A DNA stretch of 54,834 nucleotides. Source: an archaeon (GTDB lineage Archaea > EX4484-52 > B79-G9). Position 1 is the stretch's first letter, and each line of letters opens with the position of its first letter. The notes below the pieces were generated by a model. The model did not search any database, had not been told where the DNA came from, and saw only the letters and a list, made by a program, of their open reading frames with translations. This document shows, in pieces, positions 8,809 through 18,549 of this stretch. Location: the NCBI GenBank assembly GCA_043813875.1, contig JBDRKP010000053.1, positions 1-54,834 on the forward strand. Reading direction: 5' to 3'. Both the position numbers and the translations under genes were made by a program.

Positions 8809-9282
8809 TCAGATGGCTCTGATCTTGTTCCGGATGCCATGTATCTGATCATAAGTCAGCTTCTCCAGAATATCTTTTGTATCTAACAGAAAATTGAGAA
8901 GCTCATCGTAATCAACTGATACAGGCATGTTTTTCAGGTAATACTGGTTGTCTATCCTCAATTTCTTGTCTTTTGAAAGCCTTTTTTGGGTGCCTTTCCT
9001 GAAAACGCCTTCATCCTCGAGTAGGCTGCATAAAGATATTGTGCATTCATGTATCTCTGATTTTATGCCTATTTTCATGAGCACGGCGTAGACTGCAAAA
9101 TACTCAAAATAGTATTTCGTTGTTGCAAGCCACATGTTTGATTTGCCTGTTATTGCTTTCAATATGCTTAAAGTCTCTTCTGCTGTTGTTATGTATTCCC
9201 TTGCAAGATTGTCGTTTGGCTCAATCAATTTTATTCCGCTCTTCTGGGATTTGCACCACCTTATCTTCTCATTATCATCCAT
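8809..9282 (-). CDS. HEPN domain protein
   Basis: W...YY..Y.AVYAVL..IGIKSEIHECT and RIDNQYY; overlaps the upstream MNT gene. Confidence 0.8.
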   Translation of the reverse strand: MDDNEKIRWCKSQKSGIKLIEPNDNLAREYITTAEETLSILKAITGKSNMWLATTKYYFEYFAVYAVLMKIGIKSEIHECTISLCSLLEDEGVFRKGTQKRLSKDKKLRIDNQYYLKNMPVSVDYDELLNFLLDTKDILEKLTYDQIHGIRNKIRAI

Positions 9283-9836
9283 CTTAAGACCTCTTCTGTT
9301 CCTTTTATTATTATATGCTTCTTTATTACCTCGTTTCTTAACGTCGGCGTTATCTTTTCCAGATCCGAAACATTTATGAGGTGTATTTTCCGGTTGAGCT
9401 TCTCGCCTAGTTTGTCGATATCTTTTTTGGATTTTATTTTGCCGGTGACAATGATATCAATATCATTGGCCTCTTCTGCATCCTGTGCTGCAGAGCCGAA
9501 GATTATGGCGATATTGTCTTCATCCAGATTTGAACCAGTGTATGATATAAATTCTTTTAAGATGAGACTCTTTTCTGCCAGGTTTATCAGTCTGTTCTTT
9601 TCTGCTATTGAAAGATAATGGAGTGTCAGCGGGCTTTCAGTGTTTAATGAATAAAGGGTCAGACGTCCCTTTGTTTTTTTCTTTAGAATACCTTTTTTTT
9701 CTAAATAATTGAGATGTTGTCTTATTGTGGAATATGGTTGGTTTATTTCTCTTGATATGTCTGCCAGATGTATATCCTCATAAGGTCGGTTTAAGAATGG
9801 TTCTAAAACGGACAATATTGTTATTTTTTCTACCAT
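9261..9836 (-). CDS. wHTH + minimal nucleotidyltransferase (MNT)
   Basis: HLADISREINQPYSTIRQHL helix-turn-helix; IIFGS...DIDIIV nucleotidyltransferase motif. Confidence 0.82.
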   Translation of the reverse strand: MVEKITILSVLEPFLNRPYEDIHLADISREINQPYSTIRQHLNYLEKKGILKKKTKGRLTLYSLNTESPLTLHYLSIAEKNRLINLAEKSLILKEFISYTGSNLDEDNIAIIFGSAAQDAEEANDIDIIVTGKIKSKKDIDKLGEKLNRKIHLINVSDLEKITPTLRNEVIKKHIIIKGTEEVLRWMIMRR

Positions 9837-9947
9837 ATCGTTATATTTGTAACAATAGACATATATATTTATCGATATTTCCGAGTTCCTGAAAATCTCC
9901 AAAAACTATATAAGGATATGCGGCAAAACATGTTCTTGGTGATTGAA

Positions 9948-12041
9948 ATCAAATCTCGGCGCATTCTTGTTACTTCCGCACTACCTTATGCGAACGGCTC
10001 TCTTCATATGGGGCATCTTTGTTCGACTTATCTTCCGGCGGATATCTTTGTGCGCTATCATCGAGCTATCGGCAATGATGTCGTGTATGTGTGCGCGACT
10101 GACGAGCACGGGACGCCTATCGAGATCAATGCACAGAAGGCTGGACTCAAGCCAGAGGAGTTCGTGAAGAAGTTCCGGGTCGAGCATGCGAAGGATTTTT
10201 CTTTGATGGGTATCAGCTTCGATATCTTCTATCATACGCATTCTCCTGAGAACAAGGAGTTTGCGGCGCTTTTTTTTGAGAGGGCGAAGAAGAAGGGCGT
10301 GATATATACCAAGGAAGTGGAGCTGATGTTCTGCCCGGATTGCGAGCGGTATCTGCCGGACAGGTTCCTCAAGGGCACGTGCCCGAAGTGCGGGGCAGCG
10401 GATCAGTACGGGGATTCGTGCGAGAAGTGCGGGGCGACTTATCAGACAAGCGAGCTTGTCGATGCTTATTGCGCTGTCTGCGGGGCGAAGCCGGAGAAGA
10501 GAACCGAAGAACATTATTTTTTCAAGCTTAAGATGTATGAGAAGGAGCTTCGGAAGTGGCTTACGTCTAATAAGAAAATACAGAAGGATGTCAAGAATTA
10601 TGTGCTGAACTGGATCAAGGAGGGGCTCAAGGACTGGGATATCACGCGTACCGGGCCTTATTTCGGTTTCCTGATCCCGGGGGAGAAGAACAAGTATTTC
10701 TATGTGTGGCTTGATGCGCCGGTGGGGTATGTGTCTTCTACTGCGAAGTGGGCCAAGGACAATAAACGGAAGTGGGAGGATTTCTGGCTGTCTAAAGATT
10801 CGTCCATCTATCATTTCATCGGGAAGGATATTGTCTATTTCCATTTCCTTTTCTGGCCTGCGCTCCTGATGGCTGCTGATTTCAATCTCCCGACGGATAT
10901 CCCTACCCGAGGGTATCTTACGGTCGACAAGGACAAGATGAGCAAGTCGAGGGGGACGTTCATTCTGCTTCGGGATTACCTTGATAAATTTCCTGCTGAT
11001 TATCTGAGGTATTTTTTGACGTCCGTGACTGCGAATAATACAACGGACACGGATTTCAGCTACAAGGAGTTCCAGATGAAGGTGAACAACGAGCTTTCGG
11101 ACACTTTCGGGAATTTCGCGCATCGGACGCTTACTTTTGCCTGCAATAATTTCGGTTCGTCGGTGCCACGCTGTGGCAAGATGAACAAAGTGGATAAGGA
11201 GTTCGATAAGAGGATCGAGGGGCTTTCGGGTGTTGTCGGAGATTTAATAGAGGATGTCGAGCTCAAGCGGGCGCAGGAGGAGATCATGGAGTTTTCGAGG
11301 GAGTGCAACCGATACTTCAATTCAAATGAGCCCTGGAAGACTGTGAAGACTGATAAGGAGAGGGCGGCTACTACTGTTTATCTTTCGTTGAAGGCGCTGT
11401 TTATGCTTGCGAATGTACTTTCGCCTTTTGTGCCTACAATCGCTGCCAGTTTAGGGAAGACGCTTGGTGTTAAGGATACATCTTGGGGTAAGATTGATTT
11501 TAAAGCCGGGGCGAAGCTTAAGAAGCCGGAAGTGCTTGTCGCAAAGGTCACTGATGAGGATATAGCGGAGGACCCTTTCAGTGCGCTTGATCTTCGGGTG
11601 GCGAAGGTTTTGAGTGTTGAAGATCATCCTCAGGCGGATAAACTTTATGTGGTGCAGATTGATCTTGGTGCTGAGAAGAGGCAGCTTGTCGCCGGGCTTC
11701 GGGAGCATGTGGCTAAAGTGGATCTGGTGGGGAAGAATATTGTTGTTGTGGCCAATCTGGAATATGCTAAATTGCGCGGGGTCGAGTCGCAGGGGATGCT
11801 TCTTGCTGCGGATGACGGGAAGGATGTGGTTGCGCTTACGGTCGCGGGTGAGCCGGGTGAGAGTGTTGTTGCCAGCGGTGTTGCCCGGAAGCCGAAAGAA
11901 AAGATAAAATTCAATGATTTCCTGAAGATTGAGATGTTGGTCAATTCCCGGAAGGAAGTCGAGTATAAGGGGAAAGTGCTGAAGAGCGAGAAGGGGAGCG
12001 CTGTCGTGGGGGATATCGGTGAGGGCGCTAAGGTCAGATGA
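9948..12041 (+). CDS. metG: Methionyl-tRNA synthetase with C-terminal tRNA-binding domain (start uncertain: 9930 ATG, 9939 GTG or 9948 ATC)
   Basis: SALPYANGSLHMGH, Zn knuckles, KMSKS, 'HPQADKL...GVESQGMLLAA' domain. Confidence 0.96.
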   Translation: MKSRRILVTSALPYANGSLHMGHLCSTYLPADIFVRYHRAIGNDVVYVCATDEHGTPIEINAQKAGLKPEEFVKKFRVEHAKDFSLMGISFDIFYHTHSPENKEFAALFFERAKKKGVIYTKEVELMFCPDCERYLPDRFLKGTCPKCGAADQYGDSCEKCGATYQTSELVDAYCAVCGAKPEKRTEEHYFFKLKMYEKELRKWLTSNKKIQKDVKNYVLNWIKEGLKDWDITRTGPYFGFLIPGEKNKYFYVWLDAPVGYVSSTAKWAKDNKRKWEDFWLSKDSSIYHFIGKDIVYFHFLFWPALLMAADFNLPTDIPTRGYLTVDKDKMSKSRGTFILLRDYLDKFPADYLRYFLTSVTANNTTDTDFSYKEFQMKVNNELSDTFGNFAHRTLTFACNNFGSSVPRCGKMNKVDKEFDKRIEGLSGVVGDLIEDVELKRAQEEIMEFSRECNRYFNSNEPWKTVKTDKERAATTVYLSLKALFMLANVLSPFVPTIAASLGKTLGVKDTSWGKIDFKAGAKLKKPEVLVAKVTDEDIAEDPFSALDLRVAKVLSVEDHPQADKLYVVQIDLGAEKRQLVAGLREHVAKVDLVGKNIVVVANLEYAKLRGVESQGMLLAADDGKDVVALTVAGEPGESVVASGVARKPKEKIKFNDFLKIEMLVNSRKEVEYKGKVLKSEKGSAVVGDIGEGAKVR

Positions 12042-12519
12042 TTAGCAATCCATGCGTTTTCGGTTTCTGTTGGGCTTTTTCTAATACATTAATGTGATTT
12101 GGAGATGATAATAGCAAATCATTTATTTCTTCTATGGATGATGCTGTCTTAATGTGCAACGGAAATACTCTCTCTTCCAAAGTGTGTTTCTGTAAATCGA
12201 TTTTGGATAAATACCCCATACCAGCGGGGACATACATGACCGTGTCATAAGCCAGCACCCAGTCGGTATCAGACAATATTTCTGTCGGTTTCTGGTCTAT
12301 CAGGCGAATGTTATAGAGAATGCCAGCATCAGGCGTGTTACTGCCTATCCTTTCGATATAGACGGTCATCAGGCTGTTGCCTTCTCTGATCGTTTCTGTG
12401 ATGGCCGGAAGAGTGTCGCGCTCTCTGAGAGCCATGATGCTTCCTATGAGCCAATCCTTCTTTTCTGAAAGAATTTTCCTGTACGTCTCAACTAAAGTAG
12501 CGCTATAATTGCCGCTCAC
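12034..12519 (-). CDS. Hypothetical protein
   Basis: 161-aa ORF; GAGGTG SD 5 nt before GTG. Confidence 0.6.
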   Translation of the reverse strand: MSGNYSATLVETYRKILSEKKDWLIGSIMALRERDTLPAITETIREGNSLMTVYIERIGSNTPDAGILYNIRLIDQKPTEILSDTDWVLAYDTVMYVPAGMGYLSKIDLQKHTLEERVFPLHIKTASSIEEINDLLLSSPNHINVLEKAQQKPKTHGLLII

Positions 12520-12665
12520 AACAACACCTCAATCTGCCGTGGGATATATATGGACAGAAATAGTTATAATTCTACTGATGGTCAGGATATGTAGATTTTA
12601 TAGAATACAACCATTGAAAGTGTAAAGGCGAGTAATAGATATTTAGAGGCAATGGGGAAATATAT

Positions 12666-12929
12666 CTAATATTTGGGTATGAAACTGCCTGCTGCGGCTT
12701 TTACAATCCCGTCTATCACTTTTTCGATGTAATCAGGGATTGCGCTTTCCTTTACGATATCCATTCCCCTGTATTTACTCCTCTCACACCGGAGGTCATC
12801 CGGAATCAGGTAGATCTGCCCCAATACATCTATCCCTTTCCCTTTCTTGTCCATCAAAACATCTGCCGAACAGGGAGAATATGTCTTGTCACTAAAAATG
12901 TAATGGCAGCATTTTTTCATATGGATCAT
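12666..12929 (-). CDS. Small hypothetical protein (4 Cys)
   Basis: 87-aa ORF, ATGA-coupled to the upstream gene. Confidence 0.5.
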   Translation of the reverse strand: MIHMKKCCHYIFSDKTYSPCSADVLMDKKGKGIDVLGQIYLIPDDLRCERSKYRGMDIVKESAIPDYIEKVIDGIVKAAAGSFIPKY

Positions 12930-13468
12930 GCGATAATGTATTCTGAAGAACGCCTTTTTTTTACAGGTTTATTCACCAGTGCTCCGAGGCCGATTCTTTC
13001 TAAGACCTCTTCGATAGTCTTAGCGCTGCGAATCTCTTTTGGTTCGCTGGATTCTGAACTGATATACAACGGGTCTTTACTTACCTCATTAGGTCTGATC
13101 ATCAATCCATGAATCTGGTTTTTGCCTGTATTTTTCAGAATGATCACTTTATTCGCGTTGGCATAGCCGCCGCATCTGAATTCCGGTGATGTATATATTG
13201 TTGCACTAGCATCACGTTTCTCAATTTTACCTTCTGACTGAATTGTCCAGTAACTCTCTAAACCCTTTTCCATCTGTTGTATCCCGTACAATGCAGAAAT
13301 AGCTACATCTTCCTCCTTCAAAAAATCAGATGAAATTCCAGTATCTACTCTTTCCTCGCCTTTTACAACACCGAGATATAGAGCATCATCACCTTGAACA
13401 ATATACATACCTTCATTCAATTCTTTTTTTCTATAAAAATTCTCTTCGCTTATTATATTCATTGTCAT
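12926..13468 (-). CDS. Hypothetical protein (AT-rich)
   Basis: GAGGTGG SD 5 nt before ATG; 180-aa ORF. Confidence 0.65.
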   Translation of the reverse strand: MTMNIISEENFYRKKELNEGMYIVQGDDALYLGVVKGEERVDTGISSDFLKEEDVAISALYGIQQMEKGLESYWTIQSEGKIEKRDASATIYTSPEFRCGGYANANKVIILKNTGKNQIHGLMIRPNEVSKDPLYISSESSEPKEIRSAKTIEEVLERIGLGALVNKPVKKRRSSEYIIA

Positions 13469-13657
13469 TATAACCACCTCATCCTAACATGATCATTATT
13501 ATTACTTTTTTGTAATTAATTGTTTTATATATTTAAATACTTTTTGGTAGTGACATTATTTTTGTTGGCTCATCCTTTGAACTTGGTGGATTTTTGCACA
13601 TCTTTTTCCCATATGATTAATGCCAAGTATTATATGTATGGAATGCTGATTATTGTC

Positions 13658-15622
13658 ATGGTCGGCATGAAGGACATTGATGGCGCGAGGCATGAAGTGC
13701 GCAGGTATAGAGGATTTACGCTTGATCAGTTCCAGGTCGATGCCATCTCTTCTATCGAGAATAATCATTCGGCCGTGGTGTCTGCGCCCACGGGGTCAGG
13801 AAAGACGCTTATCGCGGACTATATCATCAATAAGTATATCGATAAGGGCATCAAGGTGATATATACTGCGCCTATCAAGGCGCTTTCCAACCAGAAGTAC
13901 AAGGAGTTCTCGAAGGATTATGGAAAGGAGCGCGTCGGGCTTATCACCGGCGATGTGACTATCAACCCGGGGGCGCCTGTGATCATCATGACGACTGAGA
14001 TATACCGCAATATGGCTATAACTCATGATCCTGCGCTTGATTCTGTGGCTTATGTGATTTTTGATGAGATACATTTCATCAATGATGTCGAGAGAGGCTA
14101 TGTGTGGGAGGAGTCTATCATATTTTCAGATGAACGCGTGCGAATGCTCTGCCTTTCTGCCACGATCCCTAATGCGCGCGAGTTCGCGGACTGGATAAAG
14201 GCTATAAAGGGGCATGAAGTGGATACGATCATGAATGACAAGAGGCCGGTGCCGCTTCACCGGGCCTTTTTTGAGCGCGAGCTAGGCATCACTACGCTTG
14301 ATGAGATTAAGAAAAAGCACGAGAGAGAGAAGGTACAGTACATGGGATTCAGGAAGCGGAGAGGGGACATGGGTGATAAGAACAGTACGCATGTCGAGCT
14401 TGTGTCGCTTATCAGGGATAAGCTGCCCTGCTTTTTTTTCACGTTCTCGAGGCAGAAATGCCAGTTGAATGCACTTGAGCTTGCAAGATCGGAGATGTTT
14501 GAGCGCAATGATGAGATGAGTTCGCGTATAAGGAAGAAGCTGAGTGATTCTGTTCCTGAGATCAATAACCTTAAGTCTATGCGGGATCTACGATCGGTGC
14601 TACCTTACGGGATAGCTTTCCATCATGCGGGGCTTCTGCCCATCATCAAAGAGCTTGTCGAGGAGCTTTTTTCAGAGGGGCTTATCAAGGTGCTTTATAC
14701 GACCGAGACGTTTGCCGTGGGCATCAATATGCCTGCAAAAAGCGTGTGCTTCGATTCGATGATGAAGTATGACGGCATCAATTTCCGGTATCTCAATTCC
14801 AAGGAGTATTTCCAGATCGCCGGCAGGGCCGGGCGGAGGGGCATTGATAAGGAAGGGTTCGCGTATGCGATTGTCGGGGGGCGGGATTTCAATTATGAGA
14901 TGCTGAAAAAGATAACCAGAAAGGATACGGAGCCGATAAGGTCGCAGTTCCGGCTTTCTGTGAATACTGTGCTGAATCTTGTGAAACAGCATACCAAGGA
15001 AGAGATAGATAATATCCTGTGCAAGAATTTCAGTACATACCAGAAATACGGCAAAAGGTTCGATAAGGAGAAGGAGGCGGTCATCTATCGCAATTTCAAT
15101 AATATACGAAAGAAGCTTCTTGCCCTGAATTATATAGAGGGGAACAATCTTACTGAGAAGGGGGAGTTTTCGAGGAGGATATATTCGGAGGAGATCGCTA
15201 CGGGAGAGATTTTCGGGACGCGGCTCTATACGAGGATGAATGACTATGAGATACTTCTTGTGATTGCGTGTCTTGCTTATGAACATAAGCCAAAGAACGA
15301 GTTTTTCAAGAAGTTTGATAACCGGACTACGCGGGCGCTTATCCAGAAGGTCAATTCAGTGCCGTATCTGGCCAAGGTGAAGAATTTCGCTTATATGAAG
15401 GAGCTTACTGCGCTCATATACCCGTGCTACCGGGGGTCCAGCATTTTTGAGATCATGAGGAACACGAGCCTTCTTGAGGGCGATGTGATACGTTTCTTCA
15501 GGCAGATCATCGACCGTATAGGGCAGATTAGGAATGCCACTACGGATTATAAGCTGATCGATATGCTTGATAAGTGCGAGGATAAGATCAACCGCGCGAT
15601 GGGGGATATTGATGTCATTTGA
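13658..15622 (+). CDS. Ski2/HelY-like DExH-box RNA helicase
   Basis: APTGSGKT, PIKALSNQK, DEIH, LSAT, TETFAVGINMPA, QIAGRAGRRG, C-terminal EGDVIRFFRQ. Confidence 0.92.
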   Translation: MVGMKDIDGARHEVRRYRGFTLDQFQVDAISSIENNHSAVVSAPTGSGKTLIADYIINKYIDKGIKVIYTAPIKALSNQKYKEFSKDYGKERVGLITGDVTINPGAPVIIMTTEIYRNMAITHDPALDSVAYVIFDEIHFINDVERGYVWEESIIFSDERVRMLCLSATIPNAREFADWIKAIKGHEVDTIMNDKRPVPLHRAFFERELGITTLDEIKKKHEREKVQYMGFRKRRGDMGDKNSTHVELVSLIRDKLPCFFFTFSRQKCQLNALELARSEMFERNDEMSSRIRKKLSDSVPEINNLKSMRDLRSVLPYGIAFHHAGLLPIIKELVEELFSEGLIKVLYTTETFAVGINMPAKSVCFDSMMKYDGINFRYLNSKEYFQIAGRAGRRGIDKEGFAYAIVGGRDFNYEMLKKITRKDTEPIRSQFRLSVNTVLNLVKQHTKEEIDNILCKNFSTYQKYGKRFDKEKEAVIYRNFNNIRKKLLALNYIEGNNLTEKGEFSRRIYSEEIATGEIFGTRLYTRMNDYEILLVIACLAYEHKPKNEFFKKFDNRTTRALIQKVNSVPYLAKVKNFAYMKELTALIYPCYRGSSIFEIMRNTSLLEGDVIRFFRQIIDRIGQIRNATTDYKLIDMLDKCEDKINRAMGDIDVI

Positions 15623-15819
15623 TTGCGTTTTTTGTTGATGATTATTTTTTGATTCATCCGAATCTGTATCTTACGACTCCTTATGGGTCTTGTCTGACAA
15701 CCCACACTGATACATATTCTCATGCATTATCTTCGATATATTGTCTTAGGATCAGGTATTTGCTTCAATCTGAAAGAAAAATGGGCAGTATACTGGTTGA
15801 AAGACAACACTTGAAGTTC

Positions 15820-17451
15820 TCACTTAAGGCAGGCTTTGATGAGGCCCATGAACAACGGGTGCGGATTCAGGGGGCCTGATTTGAATTCGGGGTGGGCCTG
15901 GGTCGCTACGAAGAATTTCCTGTCTTTTAGTTCCATGAATTCCATGAGCTTGCCGTCGGGAGATGTGCCTGAAAATGTGAGGCCGTGACTTTCCAGTTTT
16001 TCTATGTATGCGGGGTTGACTTCGTACCTGTGGCGGTGGCGCTCGGATACTTCGTCTTTGCCGTAAAGCTTGTGGACTATCGTTCCTTTTTTGAGGATGG
16101 CGTTGTATGCGCCAAGACGCATTGTAGCGCCGTACCGGTTGTTTTTTATGAGCTCTTTCTGTTCCGGGAGGATGTCTATCACAGGGTATGCTGTCTTTGG
16201 GTCCATCTCTGTGGAATGAGCGCCTGACATGCCGCAGGCGTTTCTTGCGTATTCTATGACCGAGAGCTGCATGCCGAGACAGAGACCGAGAAGCGGAATG
16301 TCGTTTTCTCTCAAGTATCTTATAGCCGTGATTATCCCTTCTATGCCTTTGTCGCCGAAGCCGCCGGGGATGACTGCGCAATCATATCCTTTGAGTATCT
16401 CTTCTGGTGATTGCTCTTCAAGGACGGTGGATTGTATCTGGGTAATCTTTGGCCTGACTCCGTTGTGGGCGCATGCGTGCTTTATCGCCTCAAGGACTGA
16501 AAGATATACGTCGGCATGGTCTGTCTTGCCGTGGGATACGTATTTGCCTATCAGGGCGATGTTCAATTCTTTTTCTGCGTTTTTGAGCATGCGGGTGTAT
16601 TTTTTCCATTCGGAGAGGTCTATGCCGTCAAACATGCCGAATTTTTCAAGTATCTTCTCGCCGAAGTCCTGCTTTTCGAATAGCTGAGGTATCTTATAGA
16701 CGCTGTCAAGGTCGGGATTGTCTATTATGTATTCCTCGTCGACGAAGCATCTTTTTGCGATTATCCAGCGGCGGGGCTTGTCTATGCCTATCTCTGACCT
16801 CGCCACGACGAAATCAGGGTATATGCCGACCTCTCTGAGTTTTGACATAGCATGCTGGGTGGGCTTGGTTTTCAGCTCGTTTACGTTCTTGAGGTATGGG
16901 ACGTATGTCACCATGACGCTTACTGACGGGTATTCTCTTGAGAGTTCCCGTACCGCATGAAGGAATACGAGGTTCTCGATGTCGCCTGTGGTGCCGCCTA
17001 CCTCGACGAGCGTGAATTCGTTGCCGTCTGTGGATTCCAGTATCCTCCTTTTGACCTCGTCTACAATGTCCGGGATGACTTCCACGTCGCGCCCGTTGTA
17101 TTTTAGCTGGCGCTCTTTCTCTATGACCGATAAGTATATCTGGCCGGTCGTGATGTTGTTTCTCTTCGGCACGTGGATGTTCAGGAAGCGCTCGTAGTTG
17201 CCCAAGTCCTGGTCTATCTCGCCGCCGTCTTCGGTGACGTAGACCTCGCCGTGCTCTGTGGGGCGCATGGTGCCGGCATCGATGTTTATGTAGGGGTCGA
17301 TTTTCACTGCCGTGACCGAGTAGCCGCCGGATTTGAGGAGAGCGCCGACGGATGATGTCACTATGCCTTTCCCGAGACCTGACAGCACACCGCCTATTAC
17401 GAATATGAATTTTGGTTTATCGTTTTTTTTAGAAGAAGATTTTCTTTCCAT
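15820..17451 (-). CDS. pyrG: CTP synthase
   Basis: GGVLSGLGKGI, KIDPYIN, KTKPTQH, GLCLGMQ, ERHRHRYE, QAHPEF. Confidence 0.97.
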   Translation of the reverse strand: MERKSSSKKNDKPKFIFVIGGVLSGLGKGIVTSSVGALLKSGGYSVTAVKIDPYINIDAGTMRPTEHGEVYVTEDGGEIDQDLGNYERFLNIHVPKRNNITTGQIYLSVIEKERQLKYNGRDVEVIPDIVDEVKRRILESTDGNEFTLVEVGGTTGDIENLVFLHAVRELSREYPSVSVMVTYVPYLKNVNELKTKPTQHAMSKLREVGIYPDFVVARSEIGIDKPRRWIIAKRCFVDEEYIIDNPDLDSVYKIPQLFEKQDFGEKILEKFGMFDGIDLSEWKKYTRMLKNAEKELNIALIGKYVSHGKTDHADVYLSVLEAIKHACAHNGVRPKITQIQSTVLEEQSPEEILKGYDCAVIPGGFGDKGIEGIITAIRYLRENDIPLLGLCLGMQLSVIEYARNACGMSGAHSTEMDPKTAYPVIDILPEQKELIKNNRYGATMRLGAYNAILKKGTIVHKLYGKDEVSERHRHRYEVNPAYIEKLESHGLTFSGTSPDGKLMEFMELKDRKFFVATQAHPEFKSGPLNPHPLFMGLIKACLK

Positions 17452-17539
17452 AATGTATTGTTAGTGCGCTAAGAAATTTTATATAATGATTGCCTGTCTT
17501 TTATCAAGGTTTATAAAATTTGTTTTTCTATTGTGTCTA

Positions 17540-17800
17540 ATGCCTGATTATAAAGAGAGGATGATTTCTACACTGATGCATACTTTTGCCGGTGTCGGCA
17601 TGGGTTATGTCTCAAAGGATATAATCGCCGGATATGGCGGGAGCACGGTGGCTTTTGTCGGCGCGGTTGTGCTGATATTGATGAACCAGGTCGTCAAGTT
17701 CGGGCTGAAGAAGCATGAGTTCAACTGGTGGATGGGAAACGGCATCTGGCCTTATCTTTCTACGTGGTTTGCTGTGTGGGTTATTGTCCTTAATGTGTGA
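17540..17800 (+). CDS. Small three-helix membrane protein (archaeal EMC6-like/DUF5379)
   Basis: H..AG...G first helix and 'WWMGNGIWPYLSTWFAVW' C-terminus. Confidence 0.65.
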   Translation: MPDYKERMISTLMHTFAGVGMGYVSKDIIAGYGGSTVAFVGAVVLILMNQVVKFGLKKHEFNWWMGNGIWPYLSTWFAVWVIVLNV

Positions 17801-17948
17801 GTTTTGAAGCTTCTGCTTTAGGGGTCGTGTTTTTCAATAGTCTTATTCTGAGTTAGTAACCGGGTATGGATAGCTATTAAAAAATAAGAAAGCAAACTAT
17901 TGTATTGTTGTTACCGGGGAGATTTGTGTAATTTTGGGGGCGGTTTGT

Positions 17949-18533
17949 GTGAATGAGACGATTAAGAATCTTGCTTTGGCATTTGTCGGCGAGAGCCAGG
18001 CGCGCAACAGGTATTCTATCTATGCAGAGATCGCAAAGGAGGGGGGGCATACCACGGTCGCTGAAGTGTTTCTGCTTACTGCGGATAATGAGCGGGAGCA
18101 TGCGAAGTGGAATTACAGGATGCTTTCAGCGCTTGTGAAGAAAAGCGGCGGGGATGTTTCCGAAATCAATATTCCGATTTCTGTCCCTCTTATTCTTGGG
18201 GATACAAAGGAGAACCTTCGAGGTGCGATTGCAGGCGAGCATCATGAGACTGCCACGATGTATCCTGATTTTGCAAGAGCTGCTGAAAAAGAGGGGTTTA
18301 ATGATGTCGCTGCGCGCATCAGGGCTATCGGCATGGCTGAAGAGCATCACAGGAAACGATACAAGAGACTGCTTGACGAACTGGAAGGCAGGGCTGAAGA
18401 TGTGAAAGCAGATGGTGCGTCCTGGGTCTGTAGCGTGTGCGGCTATGTGCACAAGGGCAATGCTGCGCCTTCAAGATGCCCGTCATGCGACAGCCCGCGC
18501 GAGAAGTTCAGAAGAGAGAGCGCAAATGACTGA
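17949..18533 (+). CDS. rbr: Rubrerythrin
   Basis: AFVGESQARNRY, EREHA, GEHHE, EEHH; C-terminal CxxC...CxxC rubredoxin domain. Confidence 0.93.
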   Translation: MNETIKNLALAFVGESQARNRYSIYAEIAKEGGHTTVAEVFLLTADNEREHAKWNYRMLSALVKKSGGDVSEINIPISVPLILGDTKENLRGAIAGEHHETATMYPDFARAAEKEGFNDVAARIRAIGMAEEHHRKRYKRLLDELEGRAEDVKADGASWVCSVCGYVHKGNAAPSRCPSCDSPREKFRRESAND

Positions 18534-18549
18534 AAGGAGACAGGATATA

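Noticed and set aside
9981-11123. Long antisense ORFs (also 18601-19326, 22214-22825, 52670-53641 and others)
   Set aside because: They shadow well-identified genes on the opposite strand and carry no recognisable motifs
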